A DNA stretch of 63,002 bases, the filler included, from Globobulimina sp. (taxonomy: Eukaryota): NCBI GenBank assembly GCA_003354225.1. It is 37 parts of 37 records of this genome, joined end to end, with 100 filler letters (N's around TTAATTAATTAA, not from the genome) between each part and the next. Parts side by side here need not be neighbours in the genome. Positions count along the whole stretch, not along the records: positions 23,888 to 25,493 come from PIVH01014201.1; positions 25,594 to 27,199 come from PIVH01014202.1; positions 27,300 to 28,905 come from PIVH01014203.1; positions 29,006 to 30,611 come from PIVH01014204.1; positions 30,712 to 32,316 come from PIVH01014205.1; positions 32,417 to 34,021 come from PIVH01014206.1; positions 34,122 to 35,726 come from PIVH01014207.1; 30 more parts are not named here. One strand, given 5' to 3'. The notes beneath the pieces were generated by a model. The model had not been told where the DNA came from. It ran no database searches and saw nothing but the letters and a program-made list of their open reading frames with translations. Positions 24,230-35,511 of the stretch are shown here, piece by piece. The position numbers and the translations under genes were made by a program. How positions within the stretch are numbered: the first letter of the stretch is position 1; each line of letters begins with the position of its first letter.

Positions 24230-25119
24230 ATGGCATCAAATGGTATGATTAGATACCTTATCCAAACACCTATGACACTTATTTGTTAATGCAAAATCTA
24301 TGCCACTTAGAAATTACCGTTGGAGTGCAGATCAGTGGTAAATGTGTGAGCATATCAGTACCACCTGATTGTTATGTGCGTGATTTAGAACAAAGAATAC
24401 ATGATCGAGAAGGAATAAATATGGGTTCAGGGTCTGAATGTCCGCAATGTCGTGCCGTTAGTTTAGTGTGTCAAGGAAAGCAATTAGAACGTTTTCGTAA
24501 AATATCTGATTATAATATACGTCATGGATCCATGCTGTGTATTGCCTTCAAGGCATTGGGTGGTGGATTGGCATCCGTATGGTATGAGAATGGCGCAATG
24601 CAAGTTGGTGGTCCTCGTCAAAGACAAACGTATTCAAAACAAATTGCGGAATTTTCCATAGCAACATTTCATGTGTCATGCAAATCGGACAAAATTGGAA
24701 ATCAAAATATGATGGGACTTGTATTGTATTTATGTGATAATAAACAGTTATTTTATTTGAATGGTATGAAATGTAGATCTGGATATGTTTTATTGGTTAA
24801 CTCAGACAAGTTAAGTAATATTAGTGGTGGCACAATGCACAGCAAAGCATTTAAATATTTTGTTGGCAAAGATTTAGGTAATATGAATATTGTTGGTGGT
24901 GGATTTTCGATTCAAAATGGAAGCCCTGTGTTTAGATCAGGAACATTTAATGTATCAACTACAAAATTTCACGACGGAAACAAAGAAATGCATAATATGG
25001 AAAAACAGTGTATTACCGCTGCTATAAATAATTGGAAGAAGGGAACGCAAAATACAAATGTATCACAGTTATATGCAAATGGCAATGGTGCCTGTAAAAA
25101 TCAACATGGTTTTTATTGA
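24230..25119 (+). CDS. Ubiquitin-like domain (C-terminal GG) fused to an uncharacterised ~185-aa domain; intron 24243-24310
   Basis: LVCQGKQLERFRKISDYNIRHGSMLCIAFKALGG aligns without gaps to the ubiquitin C-terminal region. Confidence 0.85.
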
Positions 25120-25593
25120 TTAAAGGTCAGCCATTAAATCAATATAATATAAGGATTTAATGTGCTGCATATATTCAAATTTGTTTTAATTTTAACACGT
25201 CGAGACACTTTTTTTTTAAAACGTTAACATGTGGCGCCACATCTTTGAGACAAAACGATAAAATCAGATTGGTTTCTTCATAATTATGTGAGTAATCAAA
25301 AAAAAAAAAGAGCACCATTTGCACATGGCAACATAATTGTTTTTTGTGTCGCGATTGTAGTGATTTAAACGATGAGAAAACAAAGCATATATTACGATTT
25401 TCGAAAGGGTTTACCTATTTGGATTCTGAATAATTGTAGAAATTGGAATAATTATTGAAATCTTGAAAAACTGTGGTATTTTGTATTTTAAGTNNNNNNN
25501 NNNNNNNNNNNNNNNNNNNNNNNNNNNNNNNNNNNNNTTAATTAATTAANNNNNNNNNNNNNNNNNNNNNNNNNNNNNNNNNNNNNNNNNNNN

Positions 25594-26038
25594 ATGGCAC
25601 AGGATGTAATGAGGCATTCTTCAATAAATTTACTAAATATTTCGTAAATATCATTGGTGCATTTAATAAGACTGCAATATGTTTGTTCCAACTTGCAATT
25701 GATTCTAATATCTCTTCCTCTGATTTATGCGCAATCCCTTCTTTAGTGACTAAAAAACCGGCATTATTAATTAATAAATTCAATTTACAATTTTTAGTGT
25801 TACACCAAGCAATGATTCGTGTACAAGCATTAATTGTTTCTAATTGATTGCTTAAATCACATTCAATAATGTAGGATTGCAATGGATTATATTTTTTTGT
25901 TATATTTTGCATTTTATTTTTTCGTCTAGCAATCAAACAAACATTCCAACCTAATGATAATAGCTTGTCTGCAATCGATGCACCAATCCCAGAGGAGGCG
26001 CCTGTTACAACTGCTGTTGGAATAGAATCACTGCTCAT
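25594..26038 (-). CDS. Short-chain dehydrogenase/reductase, N-terminal part
   Basis: AVVTGASSGIG, CDLS, LINNAG. Confidence 0.92.
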
Positions 26039-26090
26039 TTCCTCCTCAAAACTCAAAATACTAAGAATCTTACTAAAAAGTTTTTCAACG

Positions 26091-26972
26091 ATGCTTTGTT
26101 TGAGACAAGTATCAACTACCTCAGGTAACCTATATTTTAACAACATCATAACATACACATAACCAATAAATAGGCTTTGCGATGATTTTATTGGATTTGG
26201 ATAACACATTAATTCCTACGAAAATGGAGATTATATTGAAAGCCCGACTTGGAATAGATTTATATTCATCATTTTCGCGACCATTGATGAATAAATTGGA
26301 GAACGCAGTCATATCTGCAATTGAGAAAATAAAAGAATGTTATCGACAAAAATCTGAACAGATCGCAATTTGTGTAGTATCCAACGCGAATGATGCTTGG
26401 ATCCATGCAATTCTTGAGAATGATAATTGCGATGAAGCTAAATTACCAATTTTAGGTACGTTTCAGATACAAATCCATTCAGCACTTTACCTAAAAACAC
26501 GTGCATGATCACAAACGTTCTTATAACAGGGGCATATTTAAAAGATAATGATGTGGAATTATTATCAGCGCGTTCTGCGTCATATGCATTTTTAAAGGAG
26601 AAAATTGGTAAACGTCAAGCACGCAAAATGCTTCAAACGATCAATTCTGGTGATTATCACAACGAAAATCGCTGGATTTTGAAATATTTATCATTTGCTT
26701 CAGCCATTTTAAAATATAAAAAGATGTTCAATAAATCCTGTGCTCACGTAATATCGTTTGGAGACGGCAGAGATGAGAAAAAAGCAATAAATGAGATTGC
26801 CAAAGACTATAATATTGAATGTGCCCATTTTGAGTTGGTTGAGAATCCAACCATTCAACAATTAGAAGATCAATGGAAATATATTGGTGCTGCGTTTGAT
26901 ACATTAATTGATACGGAAAATGAAAATAAAACATCTCATGTGTATCGACATAATATCAGTGAATTATTTTAA
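26091..26972 (+). CDS. HAD-superfamily hydrolase; introns 26125-26173 and 26456-26529
   Basis: LLDLDNTLIPT (motif I), VVSNANDAW (II), K (III), ISFGDGRDEK (IV). Confidence 0.85.
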
Positions 26973-27299
26973 TCTGATAATAATCGATATTTTTCGGGCG
27001 AAGTTAAGCAGTTAAAAGCAATCAATGAGTGCTTTCAACTCTGGATCAGTTTGGTTCAAATCCGTTTGTTTTGACTGTATGCACTCTTATGTTGTTTACA
27101 TGTTTTGTTTATGTTAATTCTGACATTCTAGACGATGTTGCCAAATATTCCAAGAATAAGGATGCTGCAATGACTAGATTTTCCAAGGTATTTATGATTN
27201 NNNNNNNNNNNNNNNNNNNNNNNNNNNNNNNNNNNNNNNNNNNTTAATTAATTAANNNNNNNNNNNNNNNNNNNNNNNNNNNNNNNNNNNNNNNNNNNN

Positions 27300-28142
27300 T
27301 CCCAATATCTATTTAAAAATGGTCAATATATTGAAGCCATAAATATTTTGAATGAAAAGGGATTGCAAAAATCACCAGAAACGTTATCCTTTTATTCCGA
27401 GTTAATGAATATGGTTTTATTGCAAATTAACAATTCAGAAACAATTTTTATCACAAAATGCCAGGCAATCGATATATTTTCAAAATGTAAAAACATATTA
27501 CATTCAATTGTTAATTGGTTGAATAAAATACAAAATGAAAATAAAAACGCATTTAAAGAATTATTAGATTTATTCCATTTATTATTTATAAAACACAAAT
27601 GTTTCGAAACAGAATTGTTAATATTATACAATAAACAATGTTTGTCATTATTGTCATATTGCGATTGGATACGATGTGATGTGTTATTTAATGATGTCGG
27701 TCATTCATATAAAACACTCGAAAAATATCAAAATGCCTTCATTTATTATAACCACTTTATAGATATTTGTGATAACATTGACGACCCAAATGATGACATT
27801 GATTATTCAGATTTAAATCACTTAAATAATGTCTCCATACCACATAAAAATATACCAAATAAACATATTTATAATGAAAAACATAGGGAAGAAGTCCGTG
27901 ACTGGGTGTTGGAGATGTTAGCTACGCAAGAAATTAATCCTACATTATCTGATGCAAATGCATCGCAATCACAACCAATTAGCAAATGCATAATAACTGG
28001 AATGCCATTGTTTGAAGGACAACACAACATTGTCGAATGTAGATCGTGCCACCAAACATCTGAGAAATCATCATGGAATTTGTATGTTGATCATTTTAAA
28101 ACATGTCCGTGGTGCATGCAAAATCAAGCTCCAATTTATTGA
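27300..28142 (+). CDS. IFT172: Intraflagellar transport protein 172, C-terminus
   Basis: AFIYYNHFIDI, REEVRDWVL, CIITGMP, CRSC...WNLYV...CPWC. Confidence 0.85.
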   Translation, partial: SQYLFKNGQYIEAINILNEKGLQKSPETLSFYSELMNMVLLQINNSETIFITKCQAIDIFSKCKNILHSIVNWLNKIQNENKNAFKELLDLFHLLFIKHKCFETELLILYNKQCLSLLSYCDWIRCDVLFNDVGHSYKTLEKYQNAFIYYNHFIDICDNIDDPNDDIDYSDLNHLNNVSIPHKNIPNKHIYNEKHREEVRDWVLEMLATQEINPTLSDANASQSQPISKCIITGMPLFEGQHNIVECRSCHQTSEKSSWNLYVDHFKTCPWCMQNQAPIY

Positions 28143-28312
28143 CTTTGTTACAAGACGTACTTTTCTTTTTTATTATTGCGTATTTAAAGATGGTCAATGA
28201 CTAATCGCCTGAGCTATTTTATATACTAATACAATAAATATTATCTGCTAAAACATGTTGGTCTTTCTTTAGTTGGCTGATTTTAATCTAACTTATTTAA
28301 GCTGGTTTTAAG

Positions 28313-28642
28313 CTAACTGAGAATTTTACGTCCAAAGTACGAAGGAAAAATACAGCACAAACGATATTATCACGTGAAATTGTAAAACAATTTGCAAACC
28401 GACGTTCTGATTGGGAGGGAAGCAAACAAGTTGGCTTTCATGTTTCATTCATTTTATTTTCACAATTTTTTTATGATGCTTATTTTCCATATTTTATGTT
28501 CCATTTAGCATCTCTGGTATTTTGTGGGTATACCATATCTTTTTTATTTATGGGTCTGCATGAAACAGTGCATCACACTGCCTTCAAAACACCAATATAT
28601 AATAATATTATTGCATATAGATTTTTCCAATTTAGAACCTAG
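28313..28642 (+). pseudogene. Fatty-acid desaturase (MocD-like) N-terminal fragment, truncated after His box 1
   Basis: Uncalled frame reads ILSREIVKQFANRRSDWEG...FLFMGLHETVHHTAFKT, then TAG at 28640-28642 inside cctaggacctagg. Confidence 0.7.
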
Positions 28643-29052
28643 GACCTAGGGTACAATTGTAATTACGTAATTTACCAACACTCCCTAAAGCTCACAACGA
28701 TGTAAATAGCTGAACTGAAAATGCAATGATGATCAACGTTCACAATTGAAACAATTTTTAACAACAAATGCTTTTAATTAAATGTCACTTTGTTTTAATC
28801 TTCATTTAAATTTTACAAATTATTATTCGGGTCTCATCACATCCAGGATACATTGCAAGTATTTCTTCATCTTTATCAAAATAATTTGAATTAAATAATA
28901 ATGGTNNNNNNNNNNNNNNNNNNNNNNNNNNNNNNNNNNNNNNNNNNNNTTAATTAATTAANNNNNNNNNNNNNNNNNNNNNNNNNNNNNNNNNNNNNNN
29001 NNNNNCTAGGTCCTAGGTCCAAATTTATATTGCGCAATATAAGAACAACCCC

Positions 29053-29265
29053 TAACTTTTTTGGCTTAGTTTCATTTCAACGATTAGAAAAGTTTTTGGT
29101 TATATATTTTTTAGCTAGAGTGGTTTTGAACCTAGCATTCGAAGTTGACCTAGGTCATCGAATACTAGGTCAACTTCGAATACTAGGTTGAAAACTACTC
29201 TAGCTATCCCAAAAACTTTGCTAATCGTTGAAATGAAACGAAACGAAACTAAGCCAAAAAAGTTA
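29053..29265. mobile_element. MITE family C, near-complete palindrome bounded by TA
   Basis: taacttttttggcttagtttcatttcaacgattag ... ctaatcgttgaaatgaaac(gaaac)2taagccaaaaaagtta; inner arms ttcgaagttgacctag / ctaggtcaacttcgaa. Confidence 0.85.
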
Positions 29266-30611
29266 ATTGTGCAAGTTCCGCTTGTGTTGGTTATAATTTG
29301 TGCGACCAGTTATGCCCAAGCTGATCCATCAATCATTATCGATGGCTGTAGCATAGTTGGCAAATGGGATGAATATGGATCAAATGTAGCGCAATTTCGA
29401 TCCATACCATACGTCCAACCACCTCTCAACGAATTACGATGGGCGCCGCCGATAAGAATATCAAATTACAGCAATACACCAAATATATGCAACACGAATG
29501 GCAAAACTATAAACGCAACATATCACCATTCCCGATGCTGGCAACCATGGCATCCCTCAGGTTCCTGGCCTCCACAATCTGAGAATTGTGTCCATTTGGA
29601 TATATATTCTCCCTCTTTCAACACAAGCAACTTATTGCCGGTAATGGTCTATTATCACGGTGGCAGTTCAATTTGTGGCGGGAATTTCCAATATGATTTC
29701 ACTAATTTTTCTATCTCGCAGCAAATGGTTGTAGTTGTACCAAATTATAGATTGGCTTTACTGGGATTTCTTAGCTTTGAAGCATTGACACAAAGCTCCA
29801 ATACACAACCTCGTTCATCCGGCAATTATGGCTTAATGGACACGCAAAAAGCATTGGAATGGGTGAAACAATATATTTCACGGTTTGGTGGCGACGCAAA
29901 TGATGTGACAATCAGTGGGCAATCGACTGGTGGCACGGTGGTACTCTCTATGTTGGCCATGCCAGCGGCAAAGGGGTTGTTTAAGCGTGCAATCTCAATG
30001 AGCGGCTCTGTGAATATATCCATGGACTTAGCGACTGCAGAAAAGCAAGGCCAAGCCATTGTAGATGCGCTTAATTGTAGTAATTCAACGAACAGTGCGA
30101 TGGTTGTATCCTGTATGAGGTCTATTTCTGCAGTCAATATAACCAGTGCATACCCACAGACATGGATGGACGCAGACGACCACAATTTTGGACTCCCTGC
30201 GAGCAAGCAAGGGTTTGGCGAAGTGGGTTTAATGATTGTTGACGGATATTTAGTGACACAGTCTGTGTTTGAGGCATTGCAGAATGGACTCGTCGACGTA
30301 CCGCTACTTATTGGCAATACTCAGTATGAAGCTGATTTTTCTCCGTTCGTAGATGTTACTAACTTAACCACAGAAGCGCAATTTGCTGCGTTTTTAAACA
30401 AACAGTTTGTTGAATGGGGTCCAAATGTATGTATATAATGTTAATATATTATAAATTGTACTGTTATTAATATATAATTTAATATAAGTTTGGCGAGAAT
30501 TTATGGAAAAGATATTATAATGAAGAATATAGTTTGGGTGGATCGCAATTGACATACAATGCAATTTCAACGGATAGCACAGGCTTTTGCGGCACAAAGT
30601 ATTTCGCGGAG
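29233..30611 (+). CDS. Secreted type-B carboxylesterase (COesterase), 3' truncated; intron from 30427
   Basis: FRSIPY, SENCVHLDIY, YHGGS, NYRL, GNYGLMD, GQSTGG nucleophile elbow. Confidence 0.93.
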
Positions 30612-30849
30612 NNNNNNNNNNNNNNNNNNNNNNNNNNNNNNNNNNNNNNNNNNNNTTAATTAATTAANNNNNNNNNNNNNNNNNNNNNNNNNNNNNNNNN
30701 NNNNNNNNNNNATTTCTTCCAAAACAGGAGAGAGTGAAATGGATATTACATACATCAATGGCATTATGTAGGACATTATTATTATACCACTCAAAGAAAG
30801 AAAGAAAAACTTTTTAATACAAATTCGCGGAGTTAAAAAATTCATTTAA

Positions 30850-32150
30850 ACGGAGACAAAAACAAAAACAAAAAAAATAGACAAAATTTGCTCTCAAAAC
30901 ACCACAAATCTCACATAAAATACATGATATATATACCAAATTTATCCAACATATTCATGTTTCATTCCGCATCCTCTTAATACCCAATACCCAACAAATC
31001 AAATTATTTTATTATGTTCCAAACAAATTATTATTTATATTCTCAAATTATTCCATAGTTAACTCCGATAATTTGAACTTAAATCCGATAAATCGCTCTT
31101 TCACCACACTCCAAAATAAATAAATATCGACGCGCTATAATTTAACATTTGATTTATTACCAAATTACGCCCAAATCACTCTCAATCTCAATGTCCAATC
31201 ATTCTCAATCTCACCTATTTATATTATATTACTTCGAATAAAAAATATAAAAAAAAAAACAAAAAAGAGAATAAATATAATGATAAATACCTTGATATCC
31301 CCGAAAATAATTAAATTGATTGATTAATAAATATAATGGCAATAATTCGAAATTGAATAAAATAATGTATTAATAAAATTATTTACGCATATTCGGATAA
31401 TAATTATTTAAAAATGTGCAGCATTTCAGGATTTAATCAAAAAATAACACGACGGATCCCCAAATCGAAAGGGTCCGAAGGGACGACAATGTAACCCTTG
31501 CAGCGGGCGCTTCTGTTACCCATCAAAACCATGCAACGAGCAACAATGAAACCAACTGACCCAATGGACATTGGTACGATTTCAATCCACAAAGCCGAAC
31601 GCCTCAATAACGTGCATACGCAGTGAGTGACCGAAGAACGGTGTCAGTGGATACGCAACGAGGCAATGCAACGATGTTTCATAATGTACAACGCCATGGT
31701 ATCAATGGCCAGGCTGTGCTCAAACGTTACATAATATGACGAGAACAGTTTTGTTATTTTTAATCTTCATCTACGAAATATTTACGGATACAATACCCGA
31801 CGTCGTACGAATCCAATGCCCGAAACGCCATCGCCGTCGCCATCGCATCTATTTATTACTTCAAATAAAAAAAACAAACAAAAAAATAAAAGAAAACAGT
31901 GAGAACAGAATAGAAAATACCTTGATATATATTGGACGATCACCATTATTCGTTTGCGAAAATGCGTAATCATAAAAAATCGCCATGCATCGGATACGGC
32001 AATTCATCACCATCGAATCGTATAAATTGAATTAATCGAATAATCTCCATCGCCATGAACGTCGTTACGATATCAATCATGATCGATTGAAATTGGACTA
32101 TGTCAAACATCGATTGGTTACCAATTCAATCAATGAATGATCGGATTCAA
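30850..32150 (-). ncRNA. Candidate spliced non-coding or small-ORF transcript (introns 31849-31920 and 31215-31290); boundaries approximate
   Basis: Two intron-like T-rich GT-AG segments separate CpG-rich blocks that have no long ORF in any frame. Confidence 0.35.
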
Positions 32151-32416
32151 GACTTAAAGTCAAGAACCCATGATCGTCGAGACCAAGGACAGAAGAGAAG
32201 AGTTTTCAAGTTTGATGAAAGTTGAAGTAAAGACTTTAAAATAAAAAGAACTTCAGACTTTCCTGAAAAAGGGAGTAATGTGGTATATTGACATATGATA
32301 CCCCCCTATAACTGAANNNNNNNNNNNNNNNNNNNNNNNNNNNNNNNNNNNNNNNNNNNNTTAATTAATTAANNNNNNNNNNNNNNNNNNNNNNNNNNNN
32401 NNNNNNNNNNNNNNNN

Positions 32417-34021
32417 TTTCAAAAGATTAAAAGTTGGTTTGAATTCCCTCTCATTAGTATAGAATGTCAGGAACGCTTTCTTATCTTTTTCTTTTACTTC
32501 CACATAGTCAGCAGGCTCAGGCCAAACTGAATTGTAGTTAAACATATCTTTATCAGAAGCCCAATGAAACGGGAAAAACTACAAAAAAGCTATGGCTTTT
32601 CTGCAGCATTTGTGTCTCTGTTCTTGACATACCTTTTTTTCTACAGAAAGACCCCACATTTGTGGTAAATTTCGCAAAGCAGTCCGAAACCAATTGTATG
32701 TATCCAAACAAATACAATTTCTACCTGCTCTGAATCGTAAAACACGTAAATCTCTAGTTATAATATCTTCGGGTTTGTGCCCTATAATCGAAAAAAGGCG
32801 TTTGGTGCTTTCAATAAAAGTACAAAGTAAATACCAGCATGAAGCAGTTCTTGCATAAAGAACAAAAAATCATAGCCACCGCCAAAATGGCTGTAGATAT
32901 AAGAATTTGCATTTGCTACAGTAAAGAAAGCCCATCTGACAAAATCCTTAACCGAATCTTCTCCTGCAAAGTAGTGTTCCCTGAAAAACACATTATATGT
33001 TTTTGCATCATTGGTTTTTCTATACCTTTTACCACAACATGCGGCAACAATTTGACTCCATTCCGTGAGACAAATATCACAAACTCTAATACAATAAACT
33101 AGAATAGGTATATGAATATTCGAAATTTTGTCAATGCGGGATTCTATGTCAGCAAACAGGTAACTAAATAGAGACAAAACGGAAATACAAATTTATTTTT
33201 TCTTGCAGTATGTACATTTGTTTTGTTCTCCTTTTCTTTCTTTGCGCTTTTCGTTGCACAAAACATAAATGGTCTTCTCGCGGAACAAGGTAGAGACATG
33301 TTTTACAAAATTTATAGCCACAATAATGCCAATTAAGTTTTGACCTTGCCATCGTTTTCCCTATAGACATGTTTTTAAAGATCTTTTGCATTATCTATTT
33401 CGCTTACCACAACTCAAACAACGCGCCTCAACATTGCAGCTGAAATTTGAAATATGGACATCAAAGCAGTAGGCATTTTTAAACCAGCGATTGCACCTAC
33501 AAAGCAAAGCAATAGTGTCTATCAAAAATAAAGTTTAAAAGTGACGCAGACTCTTTGCAATATTTTGTTCTTGCTGTGTAATTAGAGTAGCGCTGTAGGC
33601 AACCTTCCGTGTGGCATATATGACATATTTGTTTCTCTTGTGAACATTTATGATTTTTTCGTTTTGCGACAGTCAAGCATTTACCACAAAATCGATGGGG
33701 CGAAAATGCTAGTTTTGGATTAGAAACAAAGTAACCTAAAAGCAAGACAGGAATGGTTCCATAATTATTGAGAAGAAAAAACATACAATGGTCATGGCTT
33801 ATCAATAAACGAACTATTTGTTTTTCGTTCTGATGTGGTGTTGTCCCATTGAAAATAGTTTTAGTTTGTTTTAAGTCTGCCATATCTAATGAGTGAACTA
33901 GCAAAGAATATTGAAATTTTGATGTTAACCATTTCTGAATAGCATTAAAAATTTCATCCGTTTTTTCCAGGGCGCATCCATAGGAGCGTTTTGTTGACTT
34001 ATAAATCTGTTTGACATGCTG
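32417..34021 (-). CDS. Polinton/Maverick-type protein-primed DNA polymerase B (N-terminal Cys/His region and 3'-5' exonuclease), 7 introns, truncated at both ends
   Basis: Spliced frame gives HYCGYKFCKTC...DHLCFVQ, exoI YLFADIES, exoII SHFGGGYDFLF, CLDTYNWFRTALRNLPQMWGL, EKKFFPFHW. Confidence 0.88.
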
Positions 34022-34244
34022 NNNNNNNNNNNNNNNNNNNNNNNNNNNNNNNNNNNNNNNNNNNNTTAATTAATTAANNNNNNNNNNNNNNNNNNNNNNN
34101 NNNNNNNNNNNNNNNNNNNNNCATATAAAATATAATTCAATTATAAAAAAAAAACAATTTTAACTAGTTAATTATTTATTGATTTGACAATAGTTTTCAG
34201 TGAAAACTTGAAGTCGGTTCGGTTCTGTCTGTCTTGATCAAACG

Positions 34245-34601
34245 ATGAGTAAAATGGAGTGTCAACCAACACGTAAACAAGTAGCAGTGGGAGATATGGT
34301 GTACTTAGCATATGATCGTGAAGGAATGGTCCGATTTAAAGGCAAAACAAGATTTGGTTTGGGAGAATGGTATGGAATTGAATTACGAACAGATCATCAA
34401 ACCAGACATAATGGGTTAATACTCGGCAAACGATATTTTAGATGCCCACGAAATAAAGGATTGTTTATTCGAAAACAAATTATCATTGGTGTTATGGATA
34501 AAAAAACTGCTCAACAAAAAATTACTGTGTTTAAAATGGGAGGAACTCATAATATAAAAAATAACAAAATTCGTAGAAAATATAATCAAAAACTATATTA
34601 G
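34245..34601 (+). CDS. Small CAP-Gly domain protein
   Basis: GMVRFKGKTRFGLGEWYGIEL...HNG...GKRYFRCPRNKGLFIR. Confidence 0.9.
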   Translation: MSKMECQPTRKQVAVGDMVYLAYDREGMVRFKGKTRFGLGEWYGIELRTDHQTRHNGLILGKRYFRCPRNKGLFIRKQIIIGVMDKKTAQQKITVFKMGGTHNIKNNKIRRKYNQKLY

Positions 34602-34986
34602 TTTTGATACAAAATAATAACAAAAAACGTTTAGATAAGTAACAGAATAAACAGATTGTATTAATAGCAGTAAAGTATATAACTGATATGGGTTACATTA
34701 AATTTATAAGATTTACATTCTTTTTTTCAAATTTTACTTTTTTTACCTTCAATTTACTTTTAATAATTTACAAGTTGTTAACTTCTTTTTTCTCTTTATT
34801 TATTTTTTTTGTTTATTGTATTTCTGTGTGTCTTTATTCCATAATAAGTTAGTTTAACGAAACAAACCGTTGCTGATAGCGGCCCTTAGAAATAAAGATT
34901 TATTTGTTGTTTTTCCATCTTACTCATCCTACCTTAGTGACCACCATCCTTGTTATATAAACAACATCAAACATCCCAATCCTATC

Positions 34987-35511
34987 ATGTCCCGCATATT
35001 CTCGTTAATTTTAGCTTCAATCTTATTAAATTCGTTAAAAGCCCAACCATGCGCAGATCCCAATATGGTGTATAAAACGTGTGGTTCACCATGCCCTAAA
35101 ACCTGCATTGATCTCAATCCGCATTGTCCCCAGCAATGCATTGCTGGCTGTTTCTGTACGTATCGCCTTGTATTGTATTTCGTATATCATATTTGCAATA
35201 AAAAAAACAAATAAAAAGGTACTGGAAGTACTAACATTTTAGCACTGGATGGTACGTGTGTTACCAGGGCTGGCTGCTCGGCCATGGATAATACGCCCGA
35301 TGAGTGCGGCCACTGTGTTAGTAATTGTAATGGTGTATGCGATGGTGACTATACATCGTGTAATGGCTGCCATGTGTATGCGACCTGTATAGGTGGCGTG
35401 TTAAATGATAATCGGCCGTGTGCTCCCAATAATCCTAATCCATCTTTAATGTGGAATGATGAAATAAAAGCTTGCGATTATTCATCTTCATGTGAAATTG
35501 ATCCATGTTAA
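34987..35511 (+). CDS. Secreted TIL (trypsin inhibitor-like) plus chitin-binding type-2-like Cys-rich protein; intron 35156-35218
   Basis: Signal peptide; CGSPCPKTC...[27 protein letters not shown]...RPC...[11 protein letters not shown]. Confidence 0.8.

Noticed and set aside
75-28142. Non-standard genetic code explaining the fragmented ORFs
   Set aside because: Conserved genes end at plausible TAA, TAG and TGA codons, and the breaks are resolved by GT-AG introns.
31770-32110. Antizyme-like +1 frameshift at TTA-TGA on the minus strand
   Set aside because: The shifted frame closes after about 40 codons and has no antizyme motif.
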